Part shown: piece by piece, positions 36,682 to 45,892 of the stretch
Position numbering within the stretch: the stretch's first letter is position 1
Layout of the letters: every line of letters starts with the position of its first letter
NCBI GenBank assembly: GCA_963759775.1
Contig: CAVXAH010000001.1
Coordinates: 208,682-272,681 of the forward strand
Direction: 5' to 3'
Length of the DNA stretch: 64,000 nt
From: an uncultured bacterium
Lineage (GTDB): Bacteria; Patescibacteriota; Minisyncoccia; Phycocordibacterales; Phycocordibacteraceae
Notes under the pieces: model-generated
Databases searched by the model: none
What the model was told of the DNA's origin: nothing
What the model saw: the letters and a program-made list of their open reading frames with translations, nothing else
Position numbers and translations under genes: made by a program

Positions 36682-37721
36682 AGCGATGTAAAATATGAAG
36701 ATAATTTTTCCGCAAACTGATCCGCGGAGCACTGTTCGACCGCAAATGCCCGAGCATTCTCTCCGAGTTTACGCCTTTCGTCTTTATTTCGCAAAAGTCT
36801 TTCTATAGTCGCATGCAGAGCTCTCTCATTATTCCGCTCAACGAGAGCCGCACTTCTCCCGTCTTCTACATATGACTCCATTGTGTTGGTTCTTGTAACC
36901 ACAATGGCCTTCCCCATCGCCATCGCTTCAACGAGTGTCGAACAGCCCATCGCGTTGTTTCTTTCATGGTCCGGTATATTGAGGGGCAACACAACAAGCT
37001 TAGCGCGCGCATACTGCTCCACAAGCTCCTGAGGAGTGAAGTTGTGAACGGTCACATTCTTCGGGAGTGGTTCCAGATGCTTTAACTGATTTGGCAATGC
37101 CGTAATTTTCACTTCGATATCCAAATCTTTCACCGCTTCAAACAGCGTCTTGAAGTCCCGCCCAGGATCTCTTCCTATGCTTAAAATGAAATTCTCTTCT
37201 GGAACCTTCTGCGGTTTGAAAAATTCAATATCAGTACCTAAGTGTAAAAATAATGTTTTTTTATGGGGGAAAAGCGCCCTCAGCGCATTTTCCTCACTCT
37301 CGGAAATCGTAACAACCCCGTCGGTGCGTGAGGCTAAATAATACAGAAGTTTTTGTTTAAATGTCTTTCGTTCTCCTATTAACCCGGTTACATTGAAGTC
37401 TAGTAGTACCCATTTTGGTTTCTTTATATGGAGAACCGCCTTTATAAAGAGCGAGCCGAACGCGGTTGAAGTAAATACGGCGTCATGTTTCAGAAATAAA
37501 GGGAATAGGGGTAGATGAACAGCGTGTATGTTGAGAATGTGTCGTCTTAAGAAAACTGCAAATGAGCGGGGTATATACTGCTCAAGCTCAAGATAGCGCG
37601 CGTCAATTCCATATTTTCGCATGCGAAACATACCAAAAAAGTGACCGTCATGGCCCTCCCTGGCTTTGATGGCACTGAGTTCATCACGTTTAATTCGATT
37701 GAATAGAAAGAGGACTTTCAT
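36678..37721 (-). CDS. glycosyltransferase, GT4/group 1
   Basis: C-terminal GT1 pattern (NAMGCSTLVEAMAMGKAIVVT). Start taken at MKVLFLF (ATG 37719-37721). Confidence 0.75.
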   Translation of the reverse strand: MKVLFLFNRIKRDELSAIKAREGHDGHFFGMFRMRKYGIDARYLELEQYIPRSFAVFLRRHILNIHAVHLPLFPLFLKHDAVFTSTAFGSLFIKAVLHIKKPKWVLLDFNVTGLIGERKTFKQKLLYYLASRTDGVVTISESEENALRALFPHKKTLFLHLGTDIEFFKPQKVPEENFILSIGRDPGRDFKTLFEAVKDLDIEVKITALPNQLKHLEPLPKNVTVHNFTPQELVEQYARAKLVVLPLNIPDHERNNAMGCSTLVEAMAMGKAIVVTRTNTMESYVEDGRSAALVERNNERALHATIERLLRNKDERRKLGENARAFAVEQCSADQFAEKLSSYFTSL

Positions 37722-37728
37722 TGATATA

Positions 37729-38907
37729 TCATTTCTCGTTGAGGAGGTCATTTATGGTAGTTGATTTCGTGCTCATTTTCTTTTCCACATACGTATGAGC
37801 GCGCACCACCATACTTTTCACCGCTTCTGATTTATCGACGCAGGCCTTCACTTTACTCCTCAATTTCTCTATGCCGTCAGTCTCCTCCCAGAAAAACCCC
37901 CGATCACCGTCTTCTCCAATTGTCTCAACAATACCTCCGACCCTGCTCCCAAGGACTGGAACATTCATGTACATTGCCTCCCAAAACACGAGTCCCAGGC
38001 CTTCAGAGTCTGATAGCAATATGAAAGCATCTGCGTCGCGATAAAAATCCCATATGTTTTGTCGGTCAATGTTGCCGGCGAAAAAAACACTTTTCTCTAA
38101 AGATAGATCCGCAACTAATTTCTTTAGTCGGTCCTCCAAACTCCCTTGCCCAACAATCATGAGGATAAGATCTCCATCATTTATTTTTTTTAGTGCGCCT
38201 ATCAACCCGTCAAAGTTTTTTTCAGGTTCCAGTCTACCCACAGACAATATGATCTTTTTGTCTTTGGGAATGTGGTACATCTCTCTTATCGTGTTTTTTC
38301 GTGAGGTTTCTATATGCTTTTGGTCACGTGTAATTGTGTTCGGGTTAAATATTTTAATTTGACTTGGCTTAAAGCCGATTTCCTTCGCATATTGCGCCGT
38401 TGTTTCGTTTATAGCAAAAACCTGGTGGATAATGTGCTTTCCTAGGAATTCCATGAGTCGTTGGTATACCAGAGGCCAAAGACGATACTTTCGCGTGGAG
38501 ATAAGTTTCGTGGGAAGATTTGTTAAAATAATTACCACCTTACATCCCAAAAATAACCGCGGATACAGACTGCCAAAAATTGAAGGAAAGTCATATAGGA
38601 GAACGATATTGGGCTTAAATGCATATTTCTCGAGCAATAACGGCGTCATAAAGATATTTGCAATGTCGTATAACACACGCAATTTCCCCACTCGTGCCTT
38701 AAGGTGGGTGGTTTGTAGGTTTTCGGAAATCTCTTTATGGTACGATTTAATGCTCCAATTTAAGGAAAAAATCTTGTTGTGTTCTGGGTTTACGCCATCT
38801 CGCTCAAATTTTTCAATGATTTCTTTAGTATTGACTTCATACAAATTCCTCCAGTCAAAAGAAAAAAGTAGTATATGTATAGATTTGTTATCTAATAGCC
38901 TGTTCAT
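37729..38907 (-). CDS. glycosyltransferase, GT4/group 1
   Basis: EGLGLVFWEAMYMNVPVLGSRVGGIVETI. Confidence 0.75.
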   Translation of the reverse strand: MNRLLDNKSIHILLFSFDWRNLYEVNTKEIIEKFERDGVNPEHNKIFSLNWSIKSYHKEISENLQTTHLKARVGKLRVLYDIANIFMTPLLLEKYAFKPNIVLLYDFPSIFGSLYPRLFLGCKVVIILTNLPTKLISTRKYRLWPLVYQRLMEFLGKHIIHQVFAINETTAQYAKEIGFKPSQIKIFNPNTITRDQKHIETSRKNTIREMYHIPKDKKIILSVGRLEPEKNFDGLIGALKKINDGDLILMIVGQGSLEDRLKKLVADLSLEKSVFFAGNIDRQNIWDFYRDADAFILLSDSEGLGLVFWEAMYMNVPVLGSRVGGIVETIGEDGDRGFFWEETDGIEKLRSKVKACVDKSEAVKSMVVRAHTYVEKKMSTKSTTINDLLNEK

Positions 38908-39527
38908 ATTCTTTCCTCATTTTTCTTTATCACCATAAGATATGATCCTCGCAAAAATGGCGTCACTTGAGCAATGAGGGAAGAGAGAAAAAATAGTATT
39001 TTATTTCTTGACCATATTCCGTAATAAAATATGCTCTCGATGCGAAGACCCTGAATAGAATCAAAAGATTCCAGACTCACCTTACGAAAAAGCTTTCTAA
39101 TCGCCATGGGCGGATAGGGTTTTATGTGGCCGAATGTGTGCCAGATCGTCTTGGGCATCGGAGTAATAAGAACGATATTTCCACCCGGCTTCAAGACCCG
39201 CTTCATTTCACGAAACATCTTTTGAGCATCATCAGGAAACAGGTGCTCAATGATATTGCTACAATGAACGACGTCGAAAAAAGAGTCCTCGTAGGGAATG
39301 GCTGTCGCGCTTCCCTCTTTCACCTTTAACCCCCTTTTTTGGAGCTCCCGCACCATAGTAACGTTCGTGTCAATGCCGTATGCGCTGCTTGTATTATTCT
39401 CTAAGATTTTTCCTTCACCACAGCCGATGTCAAGAACGGTCTTCTCTTTTAGAAAAATCTCCTGAATTGGATTTTTCTTTCGCATCCAATATGAGAGTAG
39501 CTTAAACAAAAAATAAATGTTGTTCAT
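38904..39527 (-). CDS. class I SAM-dependent methyltransferase
   Basis: VLDIGCGEGK motif I and the Methyltransf_11-like layout. Confidence 0.75.
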   Translation of the reverse strand: MNNIYFLFKLLSYWMRKKNPIQEIFLKEKTVLDIGCGEGKILENNTSSAYGIDTNVTMVRELQKRGLKVKEGSATAIPYEDSFFDVVHCSNIIEHLFPDDAQKMFREMKRVLKPGGNIVLITPMPKTIWHTFGHIKPYPPMAIRKLFRKVSLESFDSIQGLRIESIFYYGIWSRNKILFFLSSLIAQVTPFLRGSYLMVIKKNEERI

Positions 39528-39624
39528 GTTATAGCAGAAAGAATGTCCTGCATCTTGGTAATTAAACCACTTAGTGAATGATTTTTAGCAATTTCTTCTC
39601 TTAAGAGTCTGTGTGTATGAATTC

Positions 39625-39861
39625 TCATATCAGGTGATGTGTTGAGCGTCTTTTGCATAGGTTTTGAATGTGCGCGAACGTGCAAGTGCCGCAGGCAATT
39701 ACCGCATCAACTGGATTGTCCCTTTCCTCGAACGCCATGATGCCTATCATACTCCCTTCAAAATCGCTTGAATACGCTCGGCTGTTGAGAGAATTTGCAC
39801 CCGGTTCGCATACCGTGCGGGATAGCAAATTGCGCTTGCATAGAGTAATTTCATGGCGCAA
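39625..39861 (-). CDS. hypothetical small protein (weak)
   Basis: 78-aa ORF filling a gap between operon genes. No motif recognised. Confidence 0.25.
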   Translation of the reverse strand: MRHEITLCKRNLLSRTVCEPGANSLNSRAYSSDFEGSMIGIMAFEERDNPVDAVIACGTCTFAHIQNLCKRRSTHHLI

Positions 39862-39869
39862 CTGTCTCT

Positions 39870-41006
39870 CTAAAAAGTTTTGTGTAAATCATCCGCGATG
39901 CGGGACGGAATATTTCCTTGTTCAGCGAGGTGCGCCCGGGCTTTCGGTTCGGCGTGCATAGGAAGAGATAAACGAACCTCAGTATCTTCAATAAGTCCGA
40001 CAATGTGGTACGAGAGCGCGGTTGGGTCTGCAACGGGCGCAGAAAGCACGTCCTCGTATCCCTGGAATACCTCGCCCACAATACCGACATCTGTGGTTAT
40101 GATGGGAATTTTCGCGAGTGCGGCTTCAAGAAGAGTCCGTCCGTATCCTTCGTATGCGCTTGCCTGGATGTACGCCTGGGCGCTTTGCATCATTCCCCAC
40201 GCCGTTTCCGCGGGAAGCCAACCCTTCACGAATATCACGCGGTCGGAGAGTCCAAGACGCCGCGCCATGCGCTCGAGCCGTCCTCGCTCCCGCCCTTCCC
40301 CAACAACGACGAGACCGATCATTGGGTAATGCCCTGCAACAAGCTTGAGCGCCGCAAGTATGTCCTCAATGCGTTTCTCGGGCTCCAGCCTGCCTACGGT
40401 GATGAGCGTAAACGTAAAGGGGCGAGTAGGAAGTGGAGCCTTCGGAGGAAGTGTGTAGCCAACTGCAACGGGAATAATCGACGGGTCCGGGATATTTTTT
40501 CCATAGCGCGCAATAAGAGAATCTTTGACGCGTTTTGAAACGACGCGGATACCATTTGCTTTGGGAAGCACCCGATCGGCGATTTTTCGGCGGAAGCGAT
40601 TTAAAAGCGGCATATGCACGCGAGGGGAGCGCCAATTCCCGCTTCGCACGAACCAGGGTGACAGAAAATCCGTATGCACTTGAATGTGAAGTTTTGCATT
40701 CGTCCCCTCAACAGCCTTAAGCGCCGCGAGCCCGTGTTCAAATGGGTCCTGCGCGGACACTATTTCTATATGTTCGGTGTCTATAAGGACGCGCGCGAGC
40801 TTTGCGAGCGCGCGAACTCGAAAGAACTTTGATGCAAACACCGGGTGCAAGTGAAGGGTTCCTTCATCAATACGTAGTGTCCGAGGAGGTGCTGAGGAAA
40901 GAATATGGAGCTCCCCTATTGCCGCGGCGTACGTGCGCATACGCGCGCGCGCAGAGCTTGCGGCATCAAAAATTGAGGGGTCGTTTGAGATAAAGAGGAC
41001 CTTCAT
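39870..41006 (-). CDS. glycosyltransferase, GT4/group 1
   Basis: EGYGRTLLEAALAKIPIITTDVGIVGEV. The true start is MKVLFISND at ATG 41004-41006. The track extension to 41084 reads through the adjacent element. Confidence 0.8.
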   Translation of the reverse strand: MKVLFISNDPSIFDAASSARARMRTYAAAIGELHILSSAPPRTLRIDEGTLHLHPVFASKFFRVRALAKLARVLIDTEHIEIVSAQDPFEHGLAALKAVEGTNAKLHIQVHTDFLSPWFVRSGNWRSPRVHMPLLNRFRRKIADRVLPKANGIRVVSKRVKDSLIARYGKNIPDPSIIPVAVGYTLPPKAPLPTRPFTFTLITVGRLEPEKRIEDILAALKLVAGHYPMIGLVVVGEGRERGRLERMARRLGLSDRVIFVKGWLPAETAWGMMQSAQAYIQASAYEGYGRTLLEAALAKIPIITTDVGIVGEVFQGYEDVLSAPVADPTALSYHIVGLIEDTEVRLSLPMHAEPKARAHLAEQGNIPSRIADDLHKTF

Positions 41007-41117
41007 CCCGTTAGAAATAGCAGACGCCTGCATCCCCTCAGTATGTAGCATGTTAGGTTTTTGTGACATGATTTTGTCGTACAAGCACTAGAGCGTCTGC
41101 GTCTTATTTCTAACGGG
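41007..41117 (-). mobile_element. ORF-less miniature inverted-repeat element (CCCGTTAGA family)
   Basis: The left arm reads CCCGTTAGAAATAGCAGACGC. The right end is GCGTCTGCGTCTTATTTCTAACGGG on the plus strand (reverse complement CCCGTTAGAAATAAGACGCAGACGC). Flanking direct repeat is TTCAT (41002-41006, 41119-41123), i.e. ATGAA on the coding strand. Confidence 0.65.
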
Positions 41118-41119
41118 AT

Positions 41120-42205
41120 TCATGGTGCTTGGAGCGTCTCTACCGTTGCGGTAAGCATGTTTTCAACAGAATACCGTTTGGCAGACTCCTCTGCACGTGC
41201 CGAGAGGTCCCTACGTATTTGGTCGTCTCCAAGCACTTTTCTAAGGGCGTTTTGCAGTGCGACGGAGTCTTCATGCGGGAAAAGGATTCCCATCTTTTCG
41301 TCACTGATGACTTCCGGGTTTCCGCCAACATTTGTCGCGACGACTGGTACGCCGAGCGAAACTGCTTCAATAAGGAGATGCGAGAGTCCTTCATATGCAG
41401 AATTGAGAACGAATACGTCCGCGCCCTTCATGACTGCAAGCGTATCTCCATGACTCAATACTCCAGTGAAGACGGCGCGACCCGGAAGCGCGTGCTTCGC
41501 TTTTGTCTCAAGCGAAGCACGGTCCGGACCATCACCCACGATCGCGAGGGACGCGCCCGGAATGCTCGAGACCGCGTGAACGACACCCTCTATACCTTTC
41601 CAGGGCACCAGTCGACCAGCTGTGACCACGAGCGGTCGCGGCAAAGCCGCGACCGCCTCCGGCACGTTTCCAACTTCTTCCGTCCTGACCGCATTGTAGA
41701 TAACCGTAATCTTGTCGCTTGGTACTCCCCACGCTTCCACCACACCCTTTAGGTATTTGCTTGGCACGATGACCTTGTGTGCCGCTTCTGCAGTGCGGTT
41801 TTGTATTTTTTGAAGTAGACGCACTTGAAACGACGGCTGTTTTGACTTCACGAATTCGTCGAGAGGCATTGAAACACCAAAACGCTGTCTCCCCTGCTCC
41901 CACGCATAGTCGCCCACAATCTTTACCACAAACGGTTTCCCCGCCCGCTTCGCCGCGTGCATTCCCGGGAGACCAACTGAAACGGGGTCAAGCGCCATAA
42001 CAAGGTCAGCGGTGCGTGCGGCACGGAGCACTCGCCGAAAATATACATAATGACGAAACAGTTTTGGGAAATGACGTACGTCGGAAAATTTCACGAGTTC
42101 AACATGAACGCCGCGCTTTGGCAATTCCTCCGCGAGAATCTTCGCGTAGGTTGCCGGGCCGCCAATTTCAGGCGGATACAAGGGTGTCGCGATGACGAGC
42201 TTCAT
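41120..42205 (-). CDS. glycosyltransferase, GT4/group 1
   Basis: EGLSHLLIEAVSLGVPVVATNVGGNPEVI. The true start is MKLVIATPLYPPEIGGPATY at ATG 42203-42205. The track extension to 42355 is antisense GIY-YIG sequence. Confidence 0.8.
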   Translation of the reverse strand: MKLVIATPLYPPEIGGPATYAKILAEELPKRGVHVELVKFSDVRHFPKLFRHYVYFRRVLRAARTADLVMALDPVSVGLPGMHAAKRAGKPFVVKIVGDYAWEQGRQRFGVSMPLDEFVKSKQPSFQVRLLQKIQNRTAEAAHKVIVPSKYLKGVVEAWGVPSDKITVIYNAVRTEEVGNVPEAVAALPRPLVVTAGRLVPWKGIEGVVHAVSSIPGASLAIVGDGPDRASLETKAKHALPGRAVFTGVLSHGDTLAVMKGADVFVLNSAYEGLSHLLIEAVSLGVPVVATNVGGNPEVISDEKMGILFPHEDSVALQNALRKVLGDDQIRRDLSARAEESAKRYSVENMLTATVETLQAP

Positions 42206-42486
42206 CCCGTTAGAGATAGGAAACGCTTTAGCCGGTTTTTGAGATACCGTTTGCCCGTCCCGGTTTTCAGGTACTTCTCTCGAGCTTCCGCGTCCTCCAG
42301 GTTGTGACATGCTTCGTAATATATCAGTTCGTACGGACGGTGCTTTTTTGTCCAACCGCGAGACCCTTTTTGATGCTGGCTGAAGCGTTTCCGTAAATCA
42401 TTTGTGACCCCCGTGTACCAATAATCGCTCGTGAGGCTTTTGATGACGTACACATAACACATTTTGTTATCTCTAACGGGATTCAT
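42202..42486 (-). CDS. GIY-YIG nuclease family protein (UPF0213/COG2827 type)
   Basis: MCYVYVIKSLTSDYWYTGVTNDLRKRFSQHQKG...YYEAC...AREKYLK matches the GIY-YIG pattern. The conserved start is ATG 42460-42462. The upstream in-frame ATG 42484-42486 lies in the duplicated target. Confidence 0.85.
   Translation of the reverse strand: MNPVRDNKMCYVYVIKSLTSDYWYTGVTNDLRKRFSQHQKGSRGWTKKHRPYELIYYEACHNLEDAEAREKYLKTGTGKRYLKNRLKRFLSLTG
42206..42480 (-). mobile_element. 275-bp inverted-repeat-bounded GIY-YIG cassette, copy 1
   Basis: Termini are CCCGTTAGAGATA / TATCTCTAACGGG. Flanking direct repeat is TTCAT (42201-42205, 42482-42486). It is identical to 43630-43904 except at 2 positions. Confidence 0.7.
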
Positions 42487-42495
42487 AACCCTATT

Positions 42496-43629
42496 CTAAC
42501 GGCTTACAAACAGCTGGTCGAATATCCTACGCATCGTAGAACTGATCAGGTTCCAATCATATTTTTCTGTAACCATCTTGAGTGCATTTGCCGTAACCTC
42601 GTTTGCTTTCTCCGGCCGCGCCAAAATATCTTTCACCGCTTCAGCAATCTGCTCCGGTGAGTTTTTATCAACCGCCCAACCAGTCGTCGCCTTATCGGGA
42701 TTGCGTTTTTCGTCATATAGAAAATCTGCGATGCCTCCCTCTTGAGTTGTTATCACCGGAAGTCCGGCGGCCATTGCTTCCATAAACGAAACCCCGAAGC
42801 CTTCGGTCCTTGAGGGGCGAATAAAGATGTCGGCCGCATGCAAATACTGAGGAATACCAGCTCGGTCGACATGACCGAGAAACTCCACACGATTTTCTAT
42901 CTTGAGTTTTTTCACTAACGCCTTGAGTGAACCCTCTTCCGGCCCACTGCCGAGTATTTGAAATTGCACCGAATCAGGCAACAGACGGAGAGCCTTTATA
43001 ACATCGTCAATCGCATTTTTATGCACAAGTCTTGAGGTCGTAATAAGTACGGTCTCCCTGTGTGAAATTGGTGCCCCTGCAAACTTCGTTACATCGACTC
43101 CGTTCGGCACGAGGTGAATTGCTCCTTTGAAATGCCGTGCGCGTGCCCACTTGGCGAGATAATTTGAAAGCGGCAGTACCACCTTCGCCTTAGTAAACGC
43201 TTGCGCAAAAAGTGGCCAGAGCGGCAACATCGTACGCTCAATATGCGCTATAGGGTCCCCTTCTTGGAGACTGAGCGCATACGGTACCTCCGGATGAAAG
43301 GTGTGAAAATGTGCGGCAGGAATGCCTGATGAGTGCGCCATCATAGCCCACGCCGCATCAAAATGATGTTCTTTATGGAGTGCTGCTGCCTTGCGAGCCG
43401 CTGTGTATTGAAAAAAAAGTTTGCTCAACCTTCCGTTGCTACTTCCGATACGGTGTACAAACACATTGCCGATTTTTTCTTCACGTTTCTCCAAGACGGA
43501 GAAACGCATGGTCACCATGTGAAATTCAATTTCCTTCGGATCAATCCGGTCCGTAACTTCTTTGATCGCCACTTCAGCCCCGCCCACGTGTGGATAGTAT
43601 GCGAGAGAGAAAATAAGCACGCGCTTCAT
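42496..43629 (-). CDS. glycosyltransferase, GT4/group 1
   Basis: EGFGVSFMEAMAAGLPVITTQEGGIADFL. The true start is MKRVLIFSLAYYPHVGGAEV at ATG 43627-43629. Confidence 0.8.
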   Translation of the reverse strand: MKRVLIFSLAYYPHVGGAEVAIKEVTDRIDPKEIEFHMVTMRFSVLEKREEKIGNVFVHRIGSSNGRLSKLFFQYTAARKAAALHKEHHFDAAWAMMAHSSGIPAAHFHTFHPEVPYALSLQEGDPIAHIERTMLPLWPLFAQAFTKAKVVLPLSNYLAKWARARHFKGAIHLVPNGVDVTKFAGAPISHRETVLITTSRLVHKNAIDDVIKALRLLPDSVQFQILGSGPEEGSLKALVKKLKIENRVEFLGHVDRAGIPQYLHAADIFIRPSRTEGFGVSFMEAMAAGLPVITTQEGGIADFLYDEKRNPDKATTGWAVDKNSPEQIAEAVKDILARPEKANEVTANALKMVTEKYDWNLISSTMRRIFDQLFVSR

Positions 43630-43910
43630 CCCGTTAGAGATAGGAAACGCTTCAGGCGGTTTTTGAGATACCGTTTGCCCGTCCCGGTTTTCAGGTACTT
43701 CTCTCGAGCTTCCGCGTCCTCCAGGTTGTGACATGCTTCGTAATATATCAGTTCGTACGGACGGTGCTTTTTTGTCCAACCGCGAGACCCTTTTTGATGC
43801 TGGCTGAAGCGTTTCCGTAAATCATTTGTGACCCCCGTGTACCAATAATCGCTCGTGAGGCTTTTGATGACGTACACATAACACATTTTGTTATCTCTAA
43901 CGGGACTCAT
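43626..43910 (-). CDS. GIY-YIG nuclease family protein (second copy)
   Basis: Same protein as 42202..42486 from codon 9 onward. It differs only at residue 2 (S for N), which lies outside the inverted repeat. Confidence 0.85.
   Translation of the reverse strand: MSPVRDNKMCYVYVIKSLTSDYWYTGVTNDLRKRFSQHQKGSRGWTKKHRPYELIYYEACHNLEDAEAREKYLKTGTGKRYLKNRLKRFLSLTG
43630..43904 (-). mobile_element. 275-bp inverted-repeat-bounded GIY-YIG cassette, copy 2
   Basis: Same termini as copy 1. Flanks are CTTCAT / ACTCAT (ATGA on the coding strand). The upstream gene's stop TGA and the downstream gene's ATG both lie in the flanks. Confidence 0.7.
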
Positions 43911-44752
43911 GATCGAATATACTCAAGCAGTTTCCTTTTCGGCATCCAGCCGATTCCTCGAGATTTCGTTGTATCAATACGTGCCTCCATTCGGTTCCCT
44001 TTCACTTCTGGCTTCATTTCAATAGGAGCGTTAAAAGATTTCGCTACCTCGATTACTGAGAAAGATTCATCTGCACCAAGTCCAAACTCGTCTCCTTCTC
44101 CTTTTTCGGCAACTACAGAAAGACCCTCCACAATGTCGTCTACGTGTGTGAATATGCGCCGCTGGGTACCCGGAGCATTCACGGTTAACGGGCCGCCTTT
44201 CGTTGCCTGTTGTCGAAATATTTCGATTACGGTCCCGTATTTACCCACCCGCTCACCTGGTCCATAGACGTTATAAAAATAGGTAATCGCGTACGGAAGC
44301 GCATACCACTCTCCGTAATTGCGCACCAGCTCCGTGTTTGTGGCCTTAGTCCACGCATACGGGCTTTGATCTCGTCCTAGCCCGCCGTCAGCAAACTTTG
44401 TTGAGGAACCGGCGTATATGAGCTTTCCTCCTCGTTTTCGCCAAAATTCAAGAACGCCAAAGGTGCCTGCGGCATTAAGATCCCAAACGAGAGCGGGTTC
44501 AGTAAGACTTACCTCAACACGAGAGTATTCCCCAAGATGAAAAATGAGGTCGGGAGTATCGGGAATATGTTTCTCAATATCTTTCGTGTGGCCTTCGCGA
44601 TACTCAACTCCGGCAACATGATTTTCTTTTGAGCCGGTAAAATAATTGTCCAGAGAAATGACGCTGTGTCCGTCTTTGACGAGGCGTGCACACAGATGCG
44701 AGCCAATGAAACCCGCTCCACCGGTGACAACAATAAGTTTCTTGGGGGTCAT
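43907..44752 (-). CDS. NAD-dependent epimerase/dehydratase (UDP-glucuronate decarboxylase-like)
   Basis: KLIVVTGGAGFIGSHLCARL..SLDNYFTGSKENH. Start taken at ATG 44750-44752. Confidence 0.75.
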   Translation of the reverse strand: MTPKKLIVVTGGAGFIGSHLCARLVKDGHSVISLDNYFTGSKENHVAGVEYREGHTKDIEKHIPDTPDLIFHLGEYSRVEVSLTEPALVWDLNAAGTFGVLEFWRKRGGKLIYAGSSTKFADGGLGRDQSPYAWTKATNTELVRNYGEWYALPYAITYFYNVYGPGERVGKYGTVIEIFRQQATKGGPLTVNAPGTQRRIFTHVDDIVEGLSVVAEKGEGDEFGLGADESFSVIEVAKSFNAPIEMKPEVKGNRMEARIDTTKSRGIGWMPKRKLLEYIRS

Positions 44753-44754
44753 TT

Positions 44755-45870
44755 TTAGAAAAAGATAAACGTGCTGGCGGCGAGGGCGGCAAGTCCGCCG
44801 AGGCTCCATGTCCAGAGTGAAGACTTGGGCGCCGCCTCGGAAGCGGGCAATACCGCCCCCGCAGCGGCAAGGTTTACTTGCGCCGCGGGGGCTTTCACTC
44901 CTTCAGTTGCATGGTTCGTAGCGGTTAGCGCTGGCTTCGTCTCGACCGACTGCACTTTTGATAACACGTGAGTGGTAGGGGCAGGTTTCGCGGCAACGGA
45001 TGGCGCGACAGGCGATTGCCATGCGGCGGCGACTTTTCCATTTGGGAATAAAAACTCTGTAGTCTCTAGAGAAGGAAGTCCGGTCGTCTCCGGAACAAAC
45101 GTTATTGTTTTGCCGCCCAAAATACGAGTGTTCGCTGGAACTCTGAACGCCGTATCTCCTGCGGTAAGTACCCATCCAGAAAGGTCAACCGTATAAGTAT
45201 CGTCGTTCGTGAGTGCAATACCAGATTCAAGCGCCGCGACGCGAACGCGAGAGGGCGTCACCGTAACCACAAAAGAATCGCACATATCGTCTTCGCCTTT
45301 AATGGTTACGCACGCCACAACTAGATACTCGCCCGGGACTCTATACGCATGGAGAACACGTTGTCCCCGCTTTGTCGTACCGTCGCCAAACGACCACACG
45401 GCCCTCACATGCGGGCGTACTCTGCCGTCTGATTCATACACCCGCGCCGTATATGTCGCTTCCACATTCACGATCGCTCTACGATCGTCTCCAATCGAGA
45501 TTTGGGCATTAGAGAGCGGCGGACGCTTTTTCCCGTGACTCGTCGTTACGACCGGCACAGCGTCCTCTACCAATCCGTCCTTAATCTCATTCTCAAAACG
45601 AGGCGGTACGCTTTCACCCCCCACCGTAATGAGCGCCTGGATATTTGCGAATGTTGTCGGACCAATCCCGCTCACGCTTTGAATATCGCCAATCGCAGTA
45701 AATAGCCCGTTCTGGTTCCGGTAATCAATAATCGCTACTGCCTTAGACGGACCGATGCCGGGGAGAGTTTCAAGCGTCGCTTGATCTGCGGTGTTGATAT
45801 TTATGAGCGCCGCATACGCACATATTGGCGTGAAAAGAATTGCGAGCGCGATGAAACTCAGTTTTCGCAT
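44755..45870 (-). CDS. ComEA-like helix-hairpin-helix DNA-binding protein with PKD-like domain and C-terminal TM anchor
   Basis: LININTADQATLETLPGIGPSKAVAIIDYRNQNGLF..SVSGIGPTTFANI (HhH x2), WSFGDGTTKRGQRVLHAYRVPGEY (PKD-like) and a hydrophobic tail. Confidence 0.7.
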   Translation of the reverse strand: MRKLSFIALAILFTPICAYAALININTADQATLETLPGIGPSKAVAIIDYRNQNGLFTAIGDIQSVSGIGPTTFANIQALITVGGESVPPRFENEIKDGLVEDAVPVVTTSHGKKRPPLSNAQISIGDDRRAIVNVEATYTARVYESDGRVRPHVRAVWSFGDGTTKRGQRVLHAYRVPGEYLVVACVTIKGEDDMCDSFVVTVTPSRVRVAALESGIALTNDDTYTVDLSGWVLTAGDTAFRVPANTRILGGKTITFVPETTGLPSLETTEFLFPNGKVAAAWQSPVAPSVAAKPAPTTHVLSKVQSVETKPALTATNHATEGVKAPAAQVNLAAAGAVLPASEAAPKSSLWTWSLGGLAALAASTFIFF

Positions 45871-45892
45871 GGGAGTAAAGAATTTGATGGTT

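Noticed and set aside
41120-43779. Track ORFs 41120..42355 and 42496..43779 both begin with the same ~50-aa extension, MDKKAPSVRTDILRSMSQPGGRGSSREVPENRDGQTVSQKP..., which looks like a shared N-terminal domain.
   Set aside because: The extension is the antisense translation of the GIY-YIG cassettes. The glycosyltransferases start at the conserved MKLVIA / MKRVLIF directly at the inverted repeat (ATG 42203-42205 and 43627-43629).
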